A DNA stretch of 63,169 nucleotides, filler included, from Licmophora abbreviata (Eukaryota), in assembly GCA_900291995.1 (NCBI GenBank). It is 21 parts of 21 records of this genome, joined end to end, with 100 filler letters (N's around TTAATTAATTAA, not from the genome) between each part and the next. Parts side by side here need not be neighbours in the genome. Positions count along the whole stretch, not along the records: positions 44,646 to 50,346 come from OLMU01006327.1; positions 50,447 to 56,088 come from OLMU01006328.1; positions 56,189 to 59,666 come from OLMU01006329.1; 18 more parts are not named here. One strand, 5' to 3'. The notes beneath the pieces were generated by a model. That model saw only the letters and a program-made list of their open reading frames with translations, was not told the origin of the DNA and did no database searches. The stretch's first letter is position 1; every line of letters starts with the position of its first letter. Positions 47,601-56,410 of this stretch are shown piece after piece. Made by a program: the position numbers and the translations under genes.

Positions 47601-48838
47601 AACCGTCGAGGTAGAATGTTGAGTGCTGCCAGGAGTTGTATGTGTTTGAAGGATCGATGGCCGAGTCGGTAGTGCCATCTGAGAAGTTCGGCTTGGTCGT
47701 TAGTTGCCGATACTTGTTCGTCGGTTGGAATCAAGTGTGTTGGTTCTGGGACCTGAGTGCGGACTGAAGAGTGCGTGAGATCTTTCAAGTTTTCCTCGTA
47801 TTCGTCGATCGGTTGGAAGATAAGAGGGTCCGTTTCTCTGCCAGGTAATTCGGTAGTTTCCTGGTGGTGAGCTGTTTCGTCGCTATCCGGTGGAATAATG
47901 TGGGTCTCGTATGCTATGTGTTCGTGGGTCTCCACGTCGTTTGCTGAGTCGATGACGGCGGCATAGACTCGATAGTCGATAGCATCGGTGGCTGAGTAAA
48001 AGCGAGCTGTGTTTGTTGCTGGGTCCCAAGGTATCGTTCGTTTGTATTTTCTTTGATCCCATATGAGCTCACACTTGTCGGCGTAGTTTATGCTCAGCGT
48101 ACCGTCCACGGTAGGGTAATTGTCGTTTGCTTGCTTGCTCCATTGTTGAGGACATAGTAAGCAGATTGGTGATTCTGGTACGTATAATACGTTGTGTATT
48201 TGTATCGTGTGTACACGTCCATTGTCGTCTTCTAACCTCCATTTTACCGTTCCTGTTCCTTGGACGTTGACGACGTTTCCTCCAAATCCGCGGACTTGCA
48301 TGTCGCAGGATCGTATTGGCCCTTGGAAGTGTCGCTTGTTGTTGGAGATTGTCCTTGATGAGTGATTGTCAACTCCAATCAGAAAGGAATCGGTGTCGAA
48401 TCGGCAGATCGTTGGTCGGTTGAAGATGTTGTTCGACTTGTTGGTTGCGCCTTCGGTAGAGTTATACGCAACGTAGTTTGCTCGGTGAGTGACGGTGTAT
48501 CGCATTCGTTTGAAAGCAATGCGTCTTGGAGTTCGTTTGCTCCTGTTGGTTATGTATCGTTTGCAATAACCGGATCGTTTGTTTTGTTTGTATGGTTTTG
48601 GTTTCTTTTTCAACAGTTGTTCAATCGGAATATTGGAGGTGATCCAGTCTCCCAATGTCATTATTGCTGAAAACATGCGCAATGGTAGTTCGAAACCGGC
48701 GAGTGCGGCTATTCCCATGGTGATCACGATGGGAGCGGTAGCCTTAGCCACGATCGCTATTAGAAATGCTGCCATGAAGAGCGTCACCGCAAGGCTTGTC
48801 GCTTGCATCGTCTGGGCGAACACTCTCGTCAGCAGTAG
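44678..48838 (-). CDS. Copia C pol (intact), in frame with gag behind a single UGA
   Basis: Protease IGVDNHSS; WHYRLGH..CASC; integrase VSVDQ, HADNG, QNGIAE; RT YVDD; RNase H YADADFAG, STTEAEY, EDNSGA, ADMFTK. Confidence 0.95.
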   Translation of the reverse strand, partial: LLLTRVFAQTMQATSLAVTLFMAAFLIAIVAKATAPIVITMGIAALAGFELPLRMFSAIMTLGDWITSNIPIEQLLKKKPKPYKQNKRSGYCKRYITNRSKRTPRRIAFKRMRYTVTHRANYVAYNSTEGATNKSNNIFNRPTICRFDTDSFLIGVDNHSSRTISNNKRHFQGPIRSCDMQVRGFGGNVVNVQGTGTVKWRLEDDNGRVHTIQIHNVLYVPESPICLLCPQQWSKQANDNYPTVDGTLSINYADKCELIWDQRKYKRTIPWDPATNTARFYSATDAIDYRVYAAVIDSANDVETHEHIAYETHIIPPDSDETAHHQETTELPGRETDPLIFQPIDEYEENLKDLTHSSVRTQVPEPTHLIPTDEQVSATNDQAELLRWHYRLGHRSFKHIQLLAALNILPRRLSRVQTPKCASCMYGAMTKRPWRTKGKENKRQIIKVERPGECVSVDQLISTTPGFVPQLKGRLTKARYSAATVFVDHFSGLSYVHMQKSLSSEETLQAKHAFEAYARRHHVRVRHYHADNGRFADNAYLRDIELQGQTISFCGVNAHFQNGIAEKRIRDLQEQARKNLLHSKARWPSAIELQLWPSALRYSNEIRNQLPDKSDGSSALERFSSVEVAPNLKAHHTFGCPVFALNNSLQGNKAIPKWDSRSRLGINLGPSTRHAGTVSLVLNLETGLVSPQFHLQYDDFFETVRPTAGNPKTFSQWQTLSGIKPNLKSDRINIFDGHEERRSHDQRESQDRDPQSDKPHIPVTETIPDNPQGTTDVAMEEPPTELTPIDQPVTTRSGRTVRQTNRMSESQAQRQAGLVSYQAHDEYYEAMHEEDYRIQDQMLEPVSFMTANNQDTMYFHQAMREPDREQFIEAAVKEVNDHIERKHWILVKREDVPADVKVLPAVWSMKRKRDIKTRQVYKHKARLNLHGGKQEFAVNYFETYAPVVTWMTIRCILILSILHKWHTRQIDFVLAYPQADIEFEHYMELPHGIETKYGNGKTHVLKLLKNLYGNRSAGRVWNQHLHTILTKIGFIQSEIDECLYYRDNVIFVVYVDDGIFAGPDSNDIDKAINDIKRQGCDVDDQGTIEDYLGVNVETLQDGRLKLTQPHLIDQIIDMVNLPKRSTGKQTPSAVKILHRSNSEPSFDNRFHYRGVVGKLNFLEKSVRPDISYATHQIARFCEDPKKSHGEAITWLCKYLRDTRDQGLIIDPSKHKSLEVYADADFAGNWNRTTAPNDSSTAKSRSGFTITYAGCPILWASRLQTQIALSTTEAEYISLSESLRNAIPLMELVKELRKYGHDILSTTTTVHCKAFEDNSGALELARLPKMRPRTKHINLIYHHFKDYVRKGLISIYPIDTAEQIADMFTKPLPQNLFLKHRQALLKW

Positions 48839-50327
48839 TCATTCCTGTTGAATCTCTTCGAGAATGGTGGTGAGTGCGTTTGAAAAGCTTGTTTTCTTGC
48901 TTCCCATTGTCTCACTTTTGTCACCTTCGTCTGTTTTCTGTCTCTGGCGGTTACGACATCCGTTGGGGCCGTCGCCTTCTGGTTCATGAAGAACCCAAAC
49001 TGGAGTGGAGTGATAGGTGCACCAGTAGTAGTCTTTTCCGTCGACATGTTTCACGAAATAACTGTGTCCGTTCACGGTGGTCTTGGTGTCTCCGTCTTTG
49101 GGTGCTTTGAGTTTCCAGGCATATTTTGCGTCTTTGTTCTTCTTGCCGCTGGTCTTCTTCCCTTTCTTCTTATCTAATCCTGAGCTGGCGTTGGAGCTGT
49201 TGGAACTTTTGTAGTTGGAAGACTTGGTTCCGACTTGAGAGATAGCCTTGGAAAGTTTCAGGTTACTGTCCTTGATGGTCCTTAGTTCGGCTGACATGGC
49301 GACGATTTTCTCTTGATCGGCGGTGAGTGCTCCCCATTCTTTGTCGCGAGTGAGATTCGTGTACTTGTTAAGAGCGAGTTCCATGAGCCTCTCAATCGTC
49401 ATGTTGTCTCCGTCGTCGTACTTAGTTTTGTGATCTTTGATGTACTTGACGAATTCGGAGTCTCCGGCAGCGAGGTATCCGCGGAAGAGGTTGATCATGA
49501 GGTCGTCGCAGTTTTCTCCTCGAGCGGTAAGTCCGTCGCGATTTAGTTTGACGTACTTGTTGAACTCTTCGACGTTGCTGTTGATGCTTGACATGTAGGT
49601 GTCTAGACTCGATAGGTTCTCTCGGAGGTAGTTGGTGGTCGATCGTGTGTCGACGATGGCTTTCTGTGTCAACATCTTGAAAAGGATCGGTCCTGCCTCG
49701 GCTCCATTACGTGTGTAGAGCTCGGCTTCAGCGAGGATCTTGATGCGTGCGTCGTCGGTAAGTGATTGTGCAATGCACTTAAACATCTGAACCGCGTTCT
49801 GGGCTTGTCTGTTCTGTCCTTGGATGTATTCGTCCACGTGGGATTGCACGTTTTCAAGAGTCAATCTTCCATATTCTTCGAGAAGGTTCCTTGGGTTTCC
49901 AAGAGAGTCCTGGATCGTGAGAATGTTGCCTGTTCCAGCTGCCCATCCTGATTCGGTCGCGCGTTGCGTGAGTGATTCGCAGAACTGCTTGACGCCTTGA
50001 GAATCCGCGTTGAATGTAGTCGGCAGCTTTTTCGGTAGCGGCATTCCACAACTTGAGTCCTTGTGCTGTTCCATAGTCGATGAAACGGTCAGGACGGTGT
50101 TGACCTGGGGTCAGTGCGAAGACTGGAGCGGTTGGTGGTGCGTTAGCGCCAACGTTGGGGGGTCCAGGTGGTCCAGGTGGAGGTCCTTGTCCTGGTTCCC
50201 TTCCGTCGCTACTACCGGTACTTCCAGGTGAGGAAGGTGGTGAGCGAGCTGCGGCGGCGTAGGTTGCCGTGGTACGAGTCCTGGCGGTAGAGGCTCGAGT
50301 GGTAGCTGGAGTCGTTCCAGTGTTCAT
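48839..50327 (-). CDS. Copia C gag, with a 1-nt frameshift in an A5 run (50028-50032)
   Basis: Removing one A joins FALTPG..LKLWNAATEK to LPTTFNADSQ. C-terminal WCTYH..WVLH..C (CHHC) knuckle; ends GAA TGA. Confidence 0.8.
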
Positions 50328-51235
50328 CTTTGCGCAGAGGAAGCGTNNNNNNNNNNNNNNNNNNNNNNNNNNNNNNNNNNNNNNNNNNNNTTAATTAATT
50401 AANNNNNNNNNNNNNNNNNNNNNNNNNNNNNNNNNNNNNNNNNNNNAGTTTATCAGACCCAAACGTTAGGGATTAGTGAATGACCCTCGTTTTGGAAAAG
50501 AGAAGACCAGGGACGCGTTGCGCCTGGCAGGTGATTTCCTTCTTGTTGTTAGACGCGGTGATCGAAGCGCGTTCTACACGGTGGGGTTGCACGACGGTTA
50601 TGATAGCGGTGTAACGGAGCGACGCCTAACGTCCTGTTTCGATCCAGGAAAGTGGTTACTCGATAGGAAGATCCCTGGTGATCTCATCGGGTGTCTGCGG
50701 GATGCATAGGGTTCAAGTTTACGGGGACTTTCCCGCCAAACATGTGATGGTTCGCCAAGATTTGATGGCGCGGTTCGCATGGGAAATGACTGTGCATCCT
50801 GATGGCTCGGCCGCCGTCATGGTCATGGACCATGGCGACCGGCAGGGCAGGGCAAAGCAGCGCCGATCGCATGTCTGTTCGTCACACTACGTTGCAGCAG
50901 GAACACGTCGGTAGCGCGTGGCAATTGCGATTGTTGAAGCTGTCAGCAGCGCGATTTGCTGAGTTGTCGATGTATGAGCATCGGTCATTACCATTGAGTT
51001 TCCATTCCCTACGTCATACTGCTTTCATTGTCCCAGAGTGACCGGGAGGTCTATCTGTTTTCTTAGGAAGTCATTGAGATGCTTCATGATCCTGTGCTTA
51101 CGTTTTCATGCTTGCGTTGTATGCCACATCATTTGTGTTTGTGCGTGGCCATTTCCGAACTTGTTTGTTGTCTCACTTTTCTGGACTTTGTGATCGAGAA
51201 TCGTTGATTTGTTTTCAAGTTATCCACAAGCAACC

Positions 51236-52708
51236 ATGGCTGAAGCTATTACCTTTCGTAACGCGTTGACTCGTTGTGGCATCTTGCAGGGTGCCGCGTT
51301 GGATGTATTCCCTGAGCAGGGATTCACCAACATGGCGGAGTTCTCGCAGCTGACTGAGACCGAGATTGAGAGCTTCGTTCGTGCGGTGAACAAGATGCCG
51401 GTCGCGAGGATCCCTTTCGGATCGATCAAGAAGTTGAAGGCGATGCGTAACTGGGCGATCGAGAAGAATCGATTCGGGTTGCCGATCGACCATAACGAGT
51501 TCACCGGCGACGAGCTCAGTCGCATGGTCGTCAGGTTGGACTTTGAAGTTCATCTCGCGGTCAACAAACCGAAGACGCCCGACTTGCCGGAAAAGTTCGT
51601 TTCTTTCGGAACCAAGTGGCGGGCTTTCAGCGAAGGGTTCTCCGGCCATTGTAACGTGGCTCGCGGTTGTATGAACATCCCGCTTTCGTATGTGTTGCGT
51701 GATCATGTCGTTGTCACCGATGAGATTCGTGCGGTGGTGTATGGCACTTCGGATGCGCGTTTGATGGATTGTGTTCGTCTTGAAGGTGACGAGTTTGATC
51801 AAGACAACAATCGTGTGTGGGATTTGTTGCGCCCTTTGGTTTATGACACCGCGGCGTGGAACTACGTGAAGCAGTATGACAAGACAAAAGACGGACGCAA
51901 GGCTTTCCGTGCCTTGGTTCTTCGTGGGGATGGAGAGGCCGCGAAGGAAGCGCGTCGCGCTCGTGCGGAAGACATCATTGCGAAGGCATCGTTCACGGGT
52001 TCCAGTAAGCGTTTCACTTTGCAGTCGTACATCAACATTCTTCAGGGCGCGTTTACCGAGTTGGCTGAGTGTGGAGAGGAGGAAGAGTATTCGGAGAGGA
52101 AGAAGGTGTCCGTGTTCTTGAAAGGTCTTGTCGCCGATCGTTTCAAGGTGACGCGCCAGTTGATCTTGCAGAACCCGACCCTTCGTGATGACTTTCAGAA
52201 GGCTTATGCATTCTGCGAAACGGCGAATCAACTCAACCAACCTTTAGGCTCAGGCTCGGATGCGGTGGGTGGCCGGAACGTGTCGGAGATGGAGCGCTCC
52301 TCGGGCAAGGGAAAGGGCAAGGCTAGTCGTTACCTGCCTAAAGAGGAGTGGTTTGCTTTGTCGAAGAAAGAACGTGGGGCTATCATCGCAGCGCGTAAGA
52401 CCGGAAAGACTGGAGGTGGATCGGGTGCTTCGAGCGGGGATGGTAGTAAGCCGAAGGTCCATTCGTCCAAGCGCAAGCTTGCCGAGTTAGCTTCGACTGT
52501 CGCCAAGATGCTCGATGGATCGGAAACTGGCGGAACTGAGGCTTCCACTGATGGCTCAAAGGATGATGGTGGAAACAGCAGTAAGAAAACGGCAGGGACA
52601 GGTACGCAGGATGGCAATCCCGCAAATCAGTTCGGCCGCAACGTGCACGCGGTGATGCGCAAGTTTGCGAACGCCGTGCAGGAAGAGTTGGGCGGGAATA
52701 ACGAATGA
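51236..52708 (+). CDS. Copia A gag
   Basis: ATG in ACCATGG context; IPLSYVLR, DNNRVWDLL, KDGRKAF, KKVSVFLKGL and ANQFGR are all paralleled in Copia B gag. Confidence 0.85.
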   Translation: MAEAITFRNALTRCGILQGAALDVFPEQGFTNMAEFSQLTETEIESFVRAVNKMPVARIPFGSIKKLKAMRNWAIEKNRFGLPIDHNEFTGDELSRMVVRLDFEVHLAVNKPKTPDLPEKFVSFGTKWRAFSEGFSGHCNVARGCMNIPLSYVLRDHVVVTDEIRAVVYGTSDARLMDCVRLEGDEFDQDNNRVWDLLRPLVYDTAAWNYVKQYDKTKDGRKAFRALVLRGDGEAAKEARRARAEDIIAKASFTGSSKRFTLQSYINILQGAFTELAECGEEEEYSERKKVSVFLKGLVADRFKVTRQLILQNPTLRDDFQKAYAFCETANQLNQPLGSGSDAVGGRNVSEMERSSGKGKGKASRYLPKEEWFALSKKERGAIIAARKTGKTGGGSGASSGDGSKPKVHSSKRKLAELASTVAKMLDGSETGGTEASTDGSKDDGGNSSKKTAGTGTQDGNPANQFGRNVHAVMRKFANAVQEELGGNNE

Positions 52709-55700
52709 CCCGCGGCAGCTTTGTCTCGTACGCCACAGAAACGTGTGTCGTTCTCTGTTGCGCGTGGGGACACGGTATTTTACATACAAGAGTTGAACGG
52801 ATCGAGTCCGGCCCAGCGGTTCGAACTGGACTCGCATGCCGATACAACTGTTGGCGGAAGTAATTGTGTGTGTCTTGCCACTACAGGCGAAACAGTAACA
52901 GTCCATTCGTTCTCGAGCGAAAGGAAGCCTTTCTCGGAGATCCCTGTCGCGTCGGTTGCGACATCTTGGGTGGATCCCCGAACAGGAGAGACGATCGTGT
53001 TGGTATTTCATGAGGCTCTTTATTTTGGTGATCGGCTCGATCACTCACTTATTTGTCCCAATCAACTGCGTTCGTTCGGCGTCACTGTTGCTGACACTCC
53101 CCGTCAGTTTGATTCTTCGTCCTCTCACTCCATTCACAGACGTGATGCAGAGGTTGACGTAGAGATTCCTTTAGAATTGGATGGTGTGATCTCTGGTTTT
53201 GTCTGCCACCGCCCTACCACAGAGGAGTTGGAAACTTGTCGGCGCGTTGCTTTGACAAGCGATGCCTCTTGGGACCCCAAGGACGTTAATTTTGCGGCCC
53301 AGGAAGATGCTGTTCATCATCGATCAATCTCTGGAGTTCTCCAGAACGGGGACAGATCTCATATTATGGAGCCTCCTGAGTTGCTAGATGAAAACACGTT
53401 TGGAGCGAGGCTGGTTTCCGCCGTTAATGTTGCATCAGATGATTTGAGTGGGGATGGGATGTCGGGCTACAGTGATAGAGACTTGTTCTTACGATCCGAG
53501 GAACGGCGACAGTTGTCGGCTTTGTCTTCAAACGACAAACGGTCGGTGGTAACGAAGGAGGTCTTGGCTAGGAGATGGGGGATTGGTATGGGCACGGCTC
53601 ACCGAACCCTGCGCGTGACGACTCAGCGGGGGGTGAGGACTTTCTTGCACCCGACGGATCGGCGCGTTAGAACCATCCAGCCGCACCTCGTATTTCCCAC
53701 GATGCGGGGAAAGAAGATGTACACCGATACGATGTTTGCGAAGGCGAGGTCGGTACGGTCTTATACGTGTGCCCAGGATTGGTCGGATGGAAACGGGTTC
53801 ACCCTGCTTTATCCGATGAAGAGCAAGGCCGAGGCACCGACTACCATTTCCAGGATGATTCATGATTTGCAAGGGATACCGGAGGTGATCGTGAGTGACG
53901 GCGCAAGGGAGGAGACCAGTGACCAAGTGGAAGTCGGAGGTTCGGCTCTTTAGGGCCAAGTCTCATGTGACAGAGCCTTACTCACAGTGGCAGAACAGGG
54001 CGGAGGCAGACATCAACCAGGTAAAGCGTGGGATCAAACGTGCAACTAAACAGAGTGGCTCACCCAAGCGTTTATGGTGTTTCTGCGGCGAATGGGTTGC
54101 GGCGATTCGGCGGAAGACGGCCCATGACTTCGCAGCTCTCGATGGATTGACTCCGGAGGAGGCGATCTTTGCTCGGCAGGTTGATATTTCGGCGTATGTA
54201 CAGTTTGACTGGTACGAGCCGGTGTGGTACATCGACCCGGCGGAAGGGGCTGCGGAGTCACGTCGGAAGCTTGGTCGTTGGATCGGAGTCGCAGAACACC
54301 AGGGTGCGCCGATGACGTACATGATCCTACCGAAGTCGTGTATTCCGATTGCTCGGAGTTCGGTGTTCCCGGTGAACGGGGACGAACAGATGTCTGATGA
54401 GTATCGAAGAGAGTTGGAGTCGCTTGACAATGCCATCCGGCAGCGGATTGGAGATGACGTCGGCGACGAGGATGTCGATTTCGAGATCGACGGAATCCCT
54501 GAGATACCAGACGACTTGTTCGAAGAATCGGTCGGCGCTAATTGGGAGCCGGCTGACGGTGAAGAGCGGATGCCCGAGGCGGATGAACAATATTCTCCTG
54601 AGTCGTTTGATCAGTACCTGACCGCGTCGGTAATGATGGACAGGGGAGGGGAGCTCATGCGGGGCACTGTGAAGGGCAGGAAGCGGGACGTAGAGGGGAA
54701 TCCGGTCGGGAGATCAAACAGCAACCCTCTTCTCGATAGTCGAGAGTACGAGGTAGAGTTCCCGGACGGCTCGCTCGACGTATTCACCGCTAACACTATT
54801 GCCGAAGCTCTGTATTCACAGGTGGACGAAGAGGGGCGGCATTATGCCGTCCTCTCCGAGATCATCGACCATAGGAAGGACGGGAATGCGCTTGCCGCCG
54901 ACGACGCGTTCATCGAAGGCACGCATCACCGTCGAAGGACCACCAAGGGTTGGCAGCTTCTTGTCAATTGGAAGGATGGGACCTCCGATTGGCTGCCTCT
55001 GGCAGAGATCAAGGAGTCCTACCCGGTCCAAGTCGCGGAGTACGCCGTGAACAACAAGGTTGCGTCTGAGCCCGCCTTTGCATGGTGGGTCCCGCACGTC
55101 TTAAGGAAGCGCGACCGTATCATCAAGAAGGTGAAGTCGCGTTACTGGAAACGTACCCACAAGTTCGGAATCGAGGTCCCCAAGACAATACAGGAAGCAT
55201 TCAATATAGACCGCTCTACCGGTACGGACTTCTGGAGGAAGGCCTACGAGAAGGAGATGCGGAATATCAAGATTGCTTTTGACGTTCGGGAGGATGGCAA
55301 GGTTCCGGTGGGCTACAAGGAGATTAGGTGTCACTTGATATTCGATATCAAGTCGGATACTTTTGATCGCAAGGTCAGGTTCGTGGCCGGTGGTCACTTA
55401 ACCGACCCACCTAAGGAATCGACTTACTCGAGCGTTGTCTCAAGGGACAGCGTTCGGCTGTTCTTTCTCATTGCCGCACTGAACGACCTGGATGTGCTCT
55501 CGTGTGATGTGCAGAATGCTTACATTAACGCAGAGACGAAGGAGAGGGTTTGGTTCAGGGGCGGGGACGAGATGGGACCGAATAAGGGCAAGGTGATCGT
55601 GATCGTGCGAGCGCTCTACGGTTTAAAATCGTCAGGAGCTTGCTTCCGGCGGCTGATGGCATCGACGCTTCAGAGTCTCGGGTTTTCTAGTTGCAAGGCT

Positions 55701-56088
55701 GACCCCGATTTGTGGATGCGGAAGGCGATGAAGCCGGATGGGACCAAAGTGTATGAATATGTACTCTGCTATGTAGATGACCTGATCTTTCAGGGTTTGA
55801 AGCCCGACGATTTCATGGGTCTGCTGCGGAAGAAAGGATTCACTCTCAAGGATGGTTCTGTCAAGGTGCCGGACCGTTATCTTGGGGCCGACATTGCGAT
55901 GAAAGAGCTGGCCGATGGAAGTAAGGCGTGGTCTTTGTCGTCGGATACGTATGTGAAGCGAGCCGTTGCGGAAGTCGAGCGTGAGCTCGAGAAGGTAGGG
56001 CAGCAGCTCAAGAAGAAGGTTCGATCTCCGTTGGCGTCTGGGTATCGACCTGAGTTGGACAGTACGCCGGAGCTCGATGAGAAACGCG
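52709..56088 (+). CDS. Copia A pol (protease, integrase, RT), one frameshift near 53920
   Basis: ELDSHADT; YTDTMF, VSDGA, QNRAE; RT DVQNAY, ALYGLKSSG, YVDD. The frame changes between EETSD and KWKSEV, inside the integrase core. Confidence 0.9.
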
Positions 56089-56410
56089 NNNNNNNNNNNN
56101 NNNNNNNNNNNNNNNNNNNNNNNNNNNNNNNNTTAATTAATTAANNNNNNNNNNNNNNNNNNNNNNNNNNNNNNNNNNNNNNNNNNNNGTCCCCGCGAGC
56201 CAGTAACATAACATGATGCTGGTTCGTCCAGCTAACCTTTGTCTCTCAGAGGCCGGATCTCCTATTCTTCGTGGTTCCAGTCACTTGCTGTCACTCCACG
56301 CGTTCTTTTCTTGGGGTTTAGGTTCAACATCGGCAACGACGCCTAATCCTCAGGTCCGATTCCATTTTGGAAACGGTTGTGTGCTGATAGCTAGTCCCCA
56401 TTTTGGGTAA

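Larger units (their letters stand above)
44646..50346 (-). mobile_element. Ty1/Copia LTR retrotransposon C, internal region
   Basis: gag, in-frame UGA, PR-INT-RT-RH; polypurine tract AGAGGGAG (44654-44647) at the contig end. Confidence 0.93.
50447..56088 (+). mobile_element. Ty1/Copia LTR retrotransposon A, internal region, 3'-truncated
   Basis: PBS-like start, about 790-nt leader, gag, in-frame UGA, PR-INT-chromo-like-RT. Confidence 0.92.

Noticed and set aside
51215..52240. Long antisense or alternate-frame ORFs (for example 51215-52240, 39193-40038, 14137-15198, 25542-26522)
   Set aside because: They shadow well-supported genes, have no motifs, and are expected from codon bias in GC-balanced coding sequence.
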